The position numbers and the translations under genes are program-made. This document shows positions 1-9,411 of a stretch of 53,622 nucleotides of DNA, one piece after another. The first letter of the stretch is position 1. Each line of letters starts with the position of its first letter. Under the pieces are notes generated by a model, which did no database searches, had not been told where the DNA came from, and saw nothing but the letters and a program-made list of their open reading frames with translations. The DNA is taken from positions 1 to 53,622 of the forward strand of contig JAGVCC010000110.1 of the NCBI GenBank assembly GCA_020059395.1, given 5' to 3'. Source of the DNA: Chitinophagales bacterium (lineage in GTDB: Bacteria; Bacteroidota; Bacteroidia; Chitinophagales; Chitinophagaceae).

Positions 1-1110
1 GGGCAAGCGGGGTTAGCACCTTCTGAAATAACCATTGCAGAAATGCTTAAAGTAAAAGGATACAAAACTGCATGTTATGGCAAATGGCATTTGGGTGATA
101 ATGCACCATATCTTCCCACTGAGCAGGGCTTTGATGAGTATTTTGGAATTCCTTACAGCAATGATATGTACATCAGCAGTGGTCAGCCATTTGCTGCTTC
201 TATTCAATTTAATAATAATTACACAATTGAAAAAGCAAAAGAAGGGCAGGAATTTGTACAGCAAAATTTAAAAAACAGGCCGGCTATAAATAAATCCGAT
301 TTGAAAGATAAAGTGCCATTGTTTTTTAATGATTCAATTGTAGAATATCCTGCTAATCAGGCCACAATTACACAACGTTATTTTGACAAAGCGATTCATT
401 TTATCAAAAAAGCAAATAAAGAACCATTTTTTCTTTACATCACACCCGCCATGCCGCATATTCCTTTATATGCTTCAGAAAAATTTAAAAATAAAAGCAA
501 AGGAGGCTTGTATGGAGATGCAGTAGAAGAAATCGATTTTAATGTAGGTAGACTTTTGGATTACCTTAAAAAAAATAAGCTTGATAAAAATACATTGGTA
601 ATATTTACCTCAGACAATGGACCATGGTTGGAGAAAAAAGAAGATGCAGGTTCTGCTTTGCCATTTCGTGGCGGAAAATTTACTACATACGAAGGTGGAT
701 TACGAGTGCCTTGCATTGTTCAATGGACTGGTGTAATTCCTGCTCGTAAAGTGAGTAACCAACTTGTGTCTTCTGTTGATTTATTTCCAACTATTGCTAA
801 TTATGCAAATGTAACGTTACAAACAAATGAAACAGATGGCTTTGACATATCAAGTGTATTGGCAGCAAAAAGCACTTCAACAAGAAAGTATATTTTTTAC
901 AGTACCAATAAAGAAATTACTGGAGTTCGCAACGGTGAATGGAAGTATTTAGTAAGAAGTGGTGAAAGAAATGCGGCAGCAGATACAAAACCTGAATTGT
1001 ATAATTTGATAAACGATAATGCCGAATCAAAAAATATCATCCTGCAATATCCTGAAAAGGCGAAAGAACTTGCAGCGGTAATTGAGGAAATGAAAAACAC
1101 TCTTAAATAA
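1..1110 (+). CDS. S1 sulfatase, 5'-truncated by window edge
   Basis: Frame is open from base 1 (GQAGLAPSEITIAEML); GKWHLG, GIPYSNDM, FTSDNGP and EGGLRVP sulfatase motifs. The CxPxR motif lies upstream of the window. Confidence 0.92.
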   Translation, partial: GQAGLAPSEITIAEMLKVKGYKTACYGKWHLGDNAPYLPTEQGFDEYFGIPYSNDMYISSGQPFAASIQFNNNYTIEKAKEGQEFVQQNLKNRPAINKSDLKDKVPLFFNDSIVEYPANQATITQRYFDKAIHFIKKANKEPFFLYITPAMPHIPLYASEKFKNKSKGGLYGDAVEEIDFNVGRLLDYLKKNKLDKNTLVIFTSDNGPWLEKKEDAGSALPFRGGKFTTYEGGLRVPCIVQWTGVIPARKVSNQLVSSVDLFPTIANYANVTLQTNETDGFDISSVLAAKSTSTRKYIFYSTNKEITGVRNGEWKYLVRSGERNAAADTKPELYNLINDNAESKNIILQYPEKAKELAAVIEEMKNTLK

Positions 1111-1113
1111 ACA

Positions 1114-1842
1114 ATGAAAAGCGCCGCAATAATAGTAAGTACAATCATTTTTTTTAGTTGTAGTAGTACAAGAAAAATTAATGAGGCAACAAAGCAAGTG
1201 CTTGTTTTCTCAAAAACACAAGCATACCGCCATGCGTCTATTACAGAGGGAAAACAAGCATTACTGCAATTAGGTGTAGAAAATAAGTGGGTAGTTGATA
1301 CAACGGAAAATGCTGCTGTGTTTAATGCTGAGAGTTTAAAAAAATATAAAACAGTTGTGTTTTTAAACACAAGCGGAAATGTTTTAGACGAGGAACAACA
1401 AATTGCTTTTCAAAACTTCATTCGTGGCGGAGGCGGCTTTGTTGGCATACATGCCGCAAGTGATACTGAAAAAGATTGGCCTTGGTATAACGATTTGGTT
1501 GGTGCTTATTTCAAAGGACATCCCAAACCCCAACATGCCAGATATGATGTAATAGATAAATCATTTCCTGCTGTTTCATTTATGCCGGATACCATCAACA
1601 GGTTTGAAGAAATATATAATTTCTACAGTTTTAAAAAGGAGTTGGTAAAAGTAGTAATGACTGTAGATGAAAAATCGTACACAGGTGGCAATATGGCCGA
1701 TTTTCATCCCATTGCATGGTATAATACTTACGATGGAGGCAAAGCATTTTTTACTGCTTGGGGCCATCATCCAGAAACTTTTAAAGAAGAATTATTTTTA
1801 AAACATATCACCGCTGCCATTAAGTGGGCGATGAAAAAGTAA
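1114..1842 (+). CDS. ThuA-like (class I glutamine amidotransferase fold) domain protein, probable lipoprotein
   Basis: VLVFSKTxxYRHxSI, GGGFVGIHAASDT and GHH motifs; signal ending FFSC. Confidence 0.88.
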   Translation: MKSAAIIVSTIIFFSCSSTRKINEATKQVLVFSKTQAYRHASITEGKQALLQLGVENKWVVDTTENAAVFNAESLKKYKTVVFLNTSGNVLDEEQQIAFQNFIRGGGGFVGIHAASDTEKDWPWYNDLVGAYFKGHPKPQHARYDVIDKSFPAVSFMPDTINRFEEIYNFYSFKKELVKVVMTVDEKSYTGGNMADFHPIAWYNTYDGGKAFFTAWGHHPETFKEELFLKHITAAIKWAMKK

Positions 1843-1853
1843 ATTATTTCATA

Positions 1854-3422
1854 ATGAAAATTAATAAATTTTTTTTTGGGCTTTTGTTTCTGAGCTTAAG
1901 TGTTCAATCATCAGCACAGCAAAAATATAAACTCCCTAACATCGTCTTTATTTTTTCAGATGATTTAAGTTTTCGGGATTTGAGTTGCTATGGCCAAACT
2001 AATTACAAAACACCTAATCTTGATTCATTGGCGGCAGTTTCTACAAGGTTTACACAAGCATATACCGCAGCGCCAGAATGTGCACCCAGTCGTGGTTGTT
2101 TTATGACAGGCTTGCAAGTTGGACGTTCTCCAATTCGTAACAATTCCAGTGCAAGGGGCTTTGAGTATTTACCTGCTGAATCGTATACTTGGGCGGAGAT
2201 GTTACAAAAAGCAGGTTATGTTACGGGTGTTGTTGGTAAATGGGGAATAGGAAGTTACGATAATTCAGGTAATCCTTTAAAACAAGGATTCAATTATCAT
2301 TTTGGATACCAGTCCCATTTTGAAGCTCACTCTTACTTCCCCTGGCAGTTATACGAAAATGGAAAAACAATTAACTATCCCGGCAATCAAAAATTCGATA
2401 TGGAATTTTTATATGCCAAAGAAGATAATCCTAAAGCCCATGATTACGAAAGTATGTATGATGTAAACGGGAAATTAGTAAAGCCAGAACCAGCTTCAAG
2501 GGTGTATGCGTCTGATATGTTTGATGAAAAAGCAATGGATTTTATAACAAAAAATAAAACGAAACCTTTTTTACTTTACTTCACTACTAATTTGCCACAT
2601 GGTCCTGCAATAGTAGATGATTTAAGACAATTGAAAGACAGAAAGGATTTGCCAATATTATCCAGAGAGTGGGGGGCTATGGTAGAGCGTCTTGATATTT
2701 CGGTTGGCAAACTCATTCAAAAATTAAAAGATGAAGGTGTTTACGATAATACTATTATAGTTTTTTCGTCTGACAATGGCTATTCCATGCACAATACTAA
2801 AAAAGATGCGGCAGGTAATGTAACCTGGCCCGATGATGAAGGACTGTACAATAAAGGACCATTTGATGGTGGAAAATTTTCTGTACGTGAAGGGGGAATG
2901 CGGGTACCATTCTTTATTCATTATCCTGGTCAAAAAAATATGAAGCTATATAACCAACCCGTATGGATGGTAGATATTTTTCCAACCTTTTGTGATATTG
3001 CAAAACAACCTAAACCTAAGAACATTGATGGTTATAGTTTAATGCCTGTGCTTCAAAATAAAACGGCAACTATTCCTTACGACCGTGCATTTTATTTTTT
3101 TAAACAAAATGAACAAGCCGTTCGTAAAGGAAGTTGGTTTGGTATACGGGAACATCCAAGCAAACCATTACGTCTTTTTTTGCTTGACGAGGACCAGGCA
3201 TGTGAAAGAAATGTGGCTCAGTATTATCCTGCTGTAGTAAAAGATTTGGAGAACATTTTAAATACATCACACACACCACACCCATGGTATTGGAATCCTG
3301 GAGAAACCGTTGAAGACTTTAATAAGAAAAAGAAACTGGCTAAAGAAACCAATCAGTTAATTAATGAGTTAAGGCCAAACGGAATGAAGCTGATGCCTTG
3401 GGAAAAAAAATCAACAAACTAA
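1854..3422 (+). CDS. Cys-type S1 sulfatase (S1_20-like by inference)
   Basis: ATG at 1854 gives a Sec signal peptide; PNIVFIFSDD, CAPSR, GKWG, SDNG, EGGMRVP. Confidence 0.92.
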   Translation: MKINKFFFGLLFLSLSVQSSAQQKYKLPNIVFIFSDDLSFRDLSCYGQTNYKTPNLDSLAAVSTRFTQAYTAAPECAPSRGCFMTGLQVGRSPIRNNSSARGFEYLPAESYTWAEMLQKAGYVTGVVGKWGIGSYDNSGNPLKQGFNYHFGYQSHFEAHSYFPWQLYENGKTINYPGNQKFDMEFLYAKEDNPKAHDYESMYDVNGKLVKPEPASRVYASDMFDEKAMDFITKNKTKPFLLYFTTNLPHGPAIVDDLRQLKDRKDLPILSREWGAMVERLDISVGKLIQKLKDEGVYDNTIIVFSSDNGYSMHNTKKDAAGNVTWPDDEGLYNKGPFDGGKFSVREGGMRVPFFIHYPGQKNMKLYNQPVWMVDIFPTFCDIAKQPKPKNIDGYSLMPVLQNKTATIPYDRAFYFFKQNEQAVRKGSWFGIREHPSKPLRLFLLDEDQACERNVAQYYPAVVKDLENILNTSHTPHPWYWNPGETVEDFNKKKKLAKETNQLINELRPNGMKLMPWEKKSTN

Positions 3423-3441
3423 AAGTATTAAATAGTAACAG

Positions 3442-5577
3442 ATGAAAATAGTAATAACATTTTTACTTATTGTTTTAAGTATTGAGAGCAACAGTCAAAC
3501 AAGTAATAGTAAAATTCGAAATAAGACTTTTGATGCTATTGCTATTAAAAAAAGTGGTGTTGAAATCTTAACTGGATATTTGGCTACGCCAAAAAAAGGT
3601 GTGCTTGACACATTTTCTGTTACATTGCCACAATATGAGTCAGTTATTTTTATAAGTACTATCGGTCGTGATAAAATATTAGATGGTATGAACAGAGTTT
3701 TTTCGTGGGCCGCCAAAGATTTACAAACTATTGTAAGTAATGACTATAATCCTGATACTAAAGCAGGAGTACCTTCTCGTAACGGATTATTGGCGCTATT
3801 TAAACTCAAAAACAATGAATACCTTTTGCTGCAGGGTATTGCAAGCCCAAAAGCTATGTCGTATTTTGTAATTGCTAACGATGGTAAACTACATATCAAA
3901 TTAGCAACTTTTGGAGTAGATGCTGTTTCTGGTGATATTCCTTTAATAACTTATGCAAGAGGCGCCAATGTGTACGACGTATTTCAAAAAGCCTGGATAA
4001 ATGCTATTAATACCAAAGCAATTAAGGGCCGCACTGCCATGCGTCATGAAAAAGTATATCCTGAAATATTTAAATACCTTGGATGGTGCAGTTGGGAACA
4101 ATACCGGACGAATGTAACAAGCGACCTGATGGTAGATGCCATGCAGAAAATTGAAAAGAGTCCAATACCAATTCGATGGGTATTGTTAGACCACGGACAT
4201 CAAGACAGTCATAAAACAAAAGAGGGAATGAATAGTAGTCAAATGGTTTCATTTAAAACAAACGCTAAAACTTTTCCGAATGGTTTTACACCTATGATGA
4301 ATGCTAAATCAGAAAAAATAAAATGGACAGGAATTTGGCATACGATGAATGCACTCTGGCAAGGCATAGATCCTGAACATGAAATTCGTGAGTTAGACCC
4401 GTACCTTGTAAAAATTACTAAAGGAAATGAGAACAAGCCTTTTGAAGTAATGATGCCCAAAGGCGACTCATTGTCTTCCCGCAAATTTTATAATGCATTG
4501 ATTGGGTCAGCTAAAAATCATGGATTCGATTTTGTAAAAATTGATAATCAAAACAGGCAGTTGGCGTTTTACCAAGGCATGTCAAATCCTGTGGCAATAG
4601 TATCGCAACATGCACAATCGCTTGAATGTGCTGCATTAGAATTTACGGATGGCTTAATGAATTGTTTTTGTCTTGACCTGTTAAGTCTGATGAATACAAA
4701 AAATAGTGCTTCCTCAAGGGTAAGTGTTGACTATTTATTGAATAATGAAGCCAAGGCAAAGTCGCACCTTTTTCAGTCATACCAAAACACACTTTGGATG
4801 GGACAAGCTGTTTGGCCCGACCATGATATGTTCCACTCAAGCGATAAATTTTGCGGACGTATGATGGCCGTAAGTAAAGCCATGTCAGGCGCACCCATTT
4901 ATTTATCCGATGCACCCGATGATTTTCAAGACAAATTAGTTTTACCATTATCTTATTCCGATGGAGAATTATTGCGCCCATTAGCGCCTGCAGTTCCTTT
5001 GCCAGAATCGGTTATGTTGTCAGCATTAACTACGCCGCAAGCATACCGAGTTGTAGCACCTTTACAACATGGTGCAGCAGCGTTTGTAGCCTACAACCTA
5101 ATGCATCCATCGCCAGTAAAAAACGTAACTACTGCTTTTAGTATAAAAGACTACGAAGCCGCTGGCGAATTTATTCAGCCAAGAGTTAAATCATGGAAAG
5201 CACCCAAAGAGGGTTTGGTTTACTACGATTGGTATGAGCAAAAAGGAGGGAAATTGCAAAGCACATTCAAGTTTGATTTAATCGGCTTTGCTGATAAACT
5301 TGTTCAGTTGTCGCCAATTAAAAATGGTTGGTCTGTTATTGGAAATCCCAATAAGTATTTATCAGCAAATACTATAAAGTCAATTAATTATTCTAAAAAT
5401 GAATTAAAAATTGTGATGGTTGAATCAGGTAAGCTGGTTATTTACAACACAAAGCCTATTAGCTGCTCTTTAGCCAACAAAATTGAAAACATAGGCAACG
5501 GTTTATGGAAGCTTTATTTGTCTGAAGCAAAGAAAAATTTAGAGGTGGTTATAAAATTAACGGATTTGCCAAACTAA
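3442..5577 (+). CDS. Secreted Sip1/raffinose-synthase-related alpha-galactosidase (GH36)
   Basis: LGWCSWE, FVKID (nucleophile), RVSVDY (acid/base), PDHDMF, SGAPIYLSD; N-terminal signal peptide. Confidence 0.85.
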   Translation: MKIVITFLLIVLSIESNSQTSNSKIRNKTFDAIAIKKSGVEILTGYLATPKKGVLDTFSVTLPQYESVIFISTIGRDKILDGMNRVFSWAAKDLQTIVSNDYNPDTKAGVPSRNGLLALFKLKNNEYLLLQGIASPKAMSYFVIANDGKLHIKLATFGVDAVSGDIPLITYARGANVYDVFQKAWINAINTKAIKGRTAMRHEKVYPEIFKYLGWCSWEQYRTNVTSDLMVDAMQKIEKSPIPIRWVLLDHGHQDSHKTKEGMNSSQMVSFKTNAKTFPNGFTPMMNAKSEKIKWTGIWHTMNALWQGIDPEHEIRELDPYLVKITKGNENKPFEVMMPKGDSLSSRKFYNALIGSAKNHGFDFVKIDNQNRQLAFYQGMSNPVAIVSQHAQSLECAALEFTDGLMNCFCLDLLSLMNTKNSASSRVSVDYLLNNEAKAKSHLFQSYQNTLWMGQAVWPDHDMFHSSDKFCGRMMAVSKAMSGAPIYLSDAPDDFQDKLVLPLSYSDGELLRPLAPAVPLPESVMLSALTTPQAYRVVAPLQHGAAAFVAYNLMHPSPVKNVTTAFSIKDYEAAGEFIQPRVKSWKAPKEGLVYYDWYEQKGGKLQSTFKFDLIGFADKLVQLSPIKNGWSVIGNPNKYLSANTIKSINYSKNELKIVMVESGKLVIYNTKPISCSLANKIENIGNGLWKLYLSEAKKNLEVVIKLTDLPN
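5062..5552 (+). repeat. Left copy of diverged ~490-bp direct repeat (3' end of the Sip1 gene)
   Basis: Aligns to 34306-34796 with the same 29,244 offset at both ends; 156/180 identical for 5101-5280 vs 34345-34524 by hand. Confidence 0.95.
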
Positions 5578-5712
5578 AAAAGGAAGATTTTTAGCATCCA
5601 CATCTTTCAAAGATGCTTCAATTTTACAAAATCTGAACTTAATTTGAATTTAACGCAATTCTTGTCACACTTAAAGAAAAGCGATAGTATCTACTTGGTA
5701 TGGATTTGCAAG

Positions 5713-5752
5713 AAAAATATTGGCTTATTAACCCATAAGCTCAATATTTTTT
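5713..5752 (+). terminator. Possible intrinsic terminator after the Sip1 operon
   Basis: AAAAATATTGGCTTAT-loop-ATAAGCTCAATATTTTT inverted repeat ending in a T run; AT-rich stem. Confidence 0.45.
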
Positions 5753-5884
5753 AAAAGGCAGTTACAAAATCTTATCTGCAAAATTTTTATTTTAAGCTTT
5801 CTATTTTAAGAAAAACTTCTATTCAAATTTTATGTTTGTAACTAATTGAAAATCATAATTTAAGATGTTTTTTTTAAAGTGATT

Positions 5885-5916
5885 TTGATACGTTTTTTCC
5901 TCTTTTTGAGATTTTT
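5885..5916 (+). promoter_or_regulatory. Candidate HTCS operator upstream of susC (tandem direct repeat, 21-bp period)
   Basis: TTGATACGTTT at 5885 and TTGAGATTTTT at 5906; same motif and spacing upstream of galK. Confidence 0.65.
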
Positions 5917-6003
5917 AGACTTTGCAAGCGAAGTATTTTCGTCCTGAAAATTATTTAATCAGACTTGGTTAAATAGATGATTTTTAAATTTTAAAATTGC
6001 TGT

Positions 6004-9000
6004 ATGAATTCATCTGCCCATTCTTTAAGGCGAAACCATTGGATATTTGGCTGCCTCCTGTTTCTTGCTTTAACTATTCCAAGTTTTTTTCAATCCCTTG
6101 CCGCACAATCTGGCAAAATAGTTTCGGGTGTTGTGTTAGACCAAGACGGTAAGGCGATTGTTGGCGCAACTGTAATGGTTCCACGAAGTAATATTAAAAC
6201 CTCAACCGATAGTAAAGGGAACTTTTCGCTGAATGTTCCTGAAGGAGAAAACGCTGTAGTTATTACTTTTAAAGGAATGCGCCGCCAAAACCTTAATGTA
6301 AGTAATAAAACCAGCTTTATCATTCGTATGGAACCATTTAGAGGGGTGAATAGAGACCCGGATGATGAAGATAACACTACAAATACTACACAACAAGTAG
6401 GACAGAGAGTTCTGGCCGGTACTGTAAAAGATGAAAGTGGCACACCAGTTTCGGGTGCAACAGTGCAAGTAAAAGTAACCGGCAAGAAAGTATCTTCAGA
6501 TGCTGGAGGTAACTTTTTAGTTGAAGTTCCCCGGGGCAAGCAAACGCTTTTAATAACATCAGTAAATTTAATTACAAAAGAAGTTGAAATCAATGCTGGG
6601 CAAACATCTGTAATAATTGATATGCAAAGTAAGAACGTGAACCTAAATGAGGTAGTGGTGGTAGGTTATGGCACTCAAAAGAAAGTAAATCTTACAGGCG
6701 CTGTTTCATCCGTAAGTGGTAAAGACTTACAGAATATACCCCAAGCAAGCATTATCAATTTACTATCTGGCCGTTTGCCGGGTGTTTCTATTATACAGCC
6801 TGGTGGAGAGCCGGGAAACGACCAAGGTGAAATTGTGGTAAGAGGTGTAGGAACTTTAAATAATTCTGAGCCTTTAGTTGTTATAGACGGAGTGGTATCT
6901 AACCTTTCTACTTTAAATAATATAAACCCGGTTGAAATAGCAAACATAACCGTATTAAAAGACGCTTCTTCCGCTGCAATTTATGGTGCAAGAGGTGCCA
7001 ATGGTGTAATATTAGTAACCACAAAAGAACCTTCAAAATCGAAGTTAAATGTAAACCTGAATTTGCAAAATAGCTTTCAAAAAGCCACCTATTTACCAAA
7101 GTTTGTAAACTCCTGGCAATTTATGCAGTTGCATAATGAAGCAACAGGTAATATTAACTATCCTTTGTATGCTATAGATAATGTAAGGAACGGTATTGTG
7201 TCGGATACATTTGCCAATGCAGATTATGTGGATGCAGTGTACAAAACAGGAATGCAGCGCAATGCCAACGTAACTGTAAGCGGGGGGGCTCAAAGTGCAT
7301 CATTCCAAGGTAGCTTTGGTGTAATTGACCAAGATGGTGTGATGAATGGTTTTAGTAGTACACGATATAACTACAGAGGCAATGTAAGAGTAAAAACCGG
7401 CGATAAAACAGACCTTGGTATTAATTTCTTCGGCTATTTTCAAGATGCAAATGGCCCATGGGCCGATGCTGCGACAGTGGTAAACCGCATTAATCAGGCC
7501 CTGCCAATAACTCCCGTTAAATATGCTGATGGAAACTGGGGCGTAAACTTTCCGGGTGTAGCAGGCGGTGGGCAGGCAGCTACAACCGTACAAAACCCGT
7601 TACTAACTACAATGATTGGCCGACGTGACAGGAATACTTTTGCCAATAATATTAATTCATTTTTTTCTTACCGCCCGGTAAAAAATTTATTTTTACGTAC
7701 TTCGTTTAACTACTCGGTTGAAAATGTATTTGGTGAGGCGTTTAACCCAACTTACGACTATAGGGGAATTGTACCTGCACAAACAGGTATGCAAAACCAA
7801 ATAAATACATTACAAAATACTAGTAGTGATACAAAGCAATACCAAGTGCAGTTTACTGCAAATTATAATAAAATATTAAGCGAAAAACATTCCTTTAATT
7901 TATTGGGCGGTTACGAGTTTATAGATTTTAAGGACAGGGACTTTTTTGCTACTGGCCAGGGATTACCTAATAACGACCAGCAGGTATTGGGTAACGCCAC
8001 GGTAAATGTTGTAACCGGCGGCGATAAAAATGCTTGGCGTACGCAGTCGTTTTTTGGCAGATTCAATTATTCGTTTGATAATAAATATTTGTTAGAAGGA
8101 AATCTTAGAGTAGATGGATCATCACGTTTTCCATCAGCAGAAAAATATGGTCTCTTCCCATCATTTTCTGCCGGCTGGATTATATCTAAAGAAAAGTTTT
8201 TTGATAAACTCAGCAAAACTATCAGTTTACTTAAATTTCGTGGCGGATGGGGTGTTGTTGGTAATGACCGTATAGGTAATTATCCGTATCAACAAGTATA
8301 CAGCACCCGATCTTATTACCCGCTGGGGGAGGTATTAAATATAGGAGTATCGCAAAATAATTTTGCAAACAACAACCTAAAATGGGAAGAAACATCTACC
8401 ACCAACTTTGGGGTAGATGCAGGCTTTTTGAATAATAAACTTATTGTAAATTTTGATGTTTTTTCAAAAATTACAAATGATATTCTTTATCAGCGTACAC
8501 TACCCGGTTCGTTTGGTAATGTAAACCCAGCTAACCTAAATATTGCAAAAGTTGCCAACCGTGGCTGGGAGCTGAATGTAGAATACAGACAGTCTATTGC
8601 CAGTAAAGTTTTTATAAATATTGCTGCAAACGTAGCGTATGTAAATAATAAAGTTTTAAAGGTAGACGGCAGAGATGCGATAAACGGACCCTTTATCTTA
8701 AGAGAAGGGTTTCCAATTAATTCTTACTATATACTTGTTAACGAGGGGCTTTATACAGATTCATCTCAATTTACCTCATACCCGGTATTTAATAATAATG
8801 CCAACTCAAGAAGAATTGGAGCATTAAAATTTATTGACCAAAATAAAGATGGATTGGTTAACCTGGATGACAGGGTGCCACTTTACTCAGCTAACACTCC
8901 TTACACATTCGGGGGTAATTTGGGTATATTCTACAAAGGTTTTGATATAAATATACAATTACAGGGAGTATCAGGCAAATGGATTTACACCAACGATAAT

Positions 9001-9384
9001 GGAAACAGACCCGGCAACGCAGGTAACACAAACTTTTGGAAAGAGTGGTGGGATAACCGGTACGATCCGGTTTCTAATCCAAATGGAACATGGCCTGTCT
9101 TAAAAAGGCAATCACCCGAAGTAGGCGGTGCTGCCAGCACTTTCTTTTTACTTAACGCTTCTTACGTAAGAATAAAAAATATGGAATTTGGGTATGCCAT
9201 GCCAGCAAGTGTGCTTAAGCGGTTACAAATGCGTACACTTCGTTTTTATTTTCAGGGTAACAACCTGTTTACATTCAGTAAACTTATTAAACAAATTGAC
9301 CCCGAAAGAGCTTCTAATTTAACTACAAATACCAATTATCCTCAATTAAGCAGCATGAGTGTTGGGCTAAACGTTGGATTTTAA
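6004..9384 (+). CDS. susC: SusC/RagA TonB-dependent transporter with two N-terminal carboxypeptidase-regulatory-like domains
   Basis: LNEVVVVGYG, KDASSAAIYGARGANGVILVTTK, DGSSRF, LKWEE and C-terminal Phe; adjacent to susD. Confidence 0.97.
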   Translation: MNSSAHSLRRNHWIFGCLLFLALTIPSFFQSLAAQSGKIVSGVVLDQDGKAIVGATVMVPRSNIKTSTDSKGNFSLNVPEGENAVVITFKGMRRQNLNVSNKTSFIIRMEPFRGVNRDPDDEDNTTNTTQQVGQRVLAGTVKDESGTPVSGATVQVKVTGKKVSSDAGGNFLVEVPRGKQTLLITSVNLITKEVEINAGQTSVIIDMQSKNVNLNEVVVVGYGTQKKVNLTGAVSSVSGKDLQNIPQASIINLLSGRLPGVSIIQPGGEPGNDQGEIVVRGVGTLNNSEPLVVIDGVVSNLSTLNNINPVEIANITVLKDASSAAIYGARGANGVILVTTKEPSKSKLNVNLNLQNSFQKATYLPKFVNSWQFMQLHNEATGNINYPLYAIDNVRNGIVSDTFANADYVDAVYKTGMQRNANVTVSGGAQSASFQGSFGVIDQDGVMNGFSSTRYNYRGNVRVKTGDKTDLGINFFGYFQDANGPWADAATVVNRINQALPITPVKYADGNWGVNFPGVAGGGQAATTVQNPLLTTMIGRRDRNTFANNINSFFSYRPVKNLFLRTSFNYSVENVFGEAFNPTYDYRGIVPAQTGMQNQINTLQNTSSDTKQYQVQFTANYNKILSEKHSFNLLGGYEFIDFKDRDFFATGQGLPNNDQQVLGNATVNVVTGGDKNAWRTQSFFGRFNYSFDNKYLLEGNLRVDGSSRFPSAEKYGLFPSFSAGWIISKEKFFDKLSKTISLLKFRGGWGVVGNDRIGNYPYQQVYSTRSYYPLGEVLNIGVSQNNFANNNLKWEETSTTNFGVDAGFLNNKLIVNFDVFSKITNDILYQRTLPGSFGNVNPANLNIAKVANRGWELNVEYRQSIASKVFINIAANVAYVNNKVLKVDGRDAINGPFILREGFPINSYYILVNEGLYTDSSQFTSYPVFNNNANSRRIGALKFIDQNKDGLVNLDDRVPLYSANTPYTFGGNLGIFYKGFDINIQLQGVSGKWIYTNDNGNRPGNAGNTNFWKEWWDNRYDPVSNPNGTWPVLKRQSPEVGGAASTFFLLNASYVRIKNMEFGYAMPASVLKRLQMRTLRFYFQGNNLFTFSKLIKQIDPERASNLTTNTNYPQLSSMSVGLNVGF

Positions 9385-9411
9385 TAATTGCTAAAATTTA
9401 AAAAATTTAAC

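Noticed and set aside
5560-5712. Possible PIN-toxin-like remnant on the minus strand (LKDVDAKNLPFL)
   Set aside because: Match is too short and surrounded by stops; unsupportable without BLASTX.
5831-5838. Perfect TAnnTTTG (-7) matches at 5831 and on the minus strand at 38173 and 38311
   Set aside because: No properly spaced -33 element was established, and such octamers are expected by chance in AT-rich DNA.
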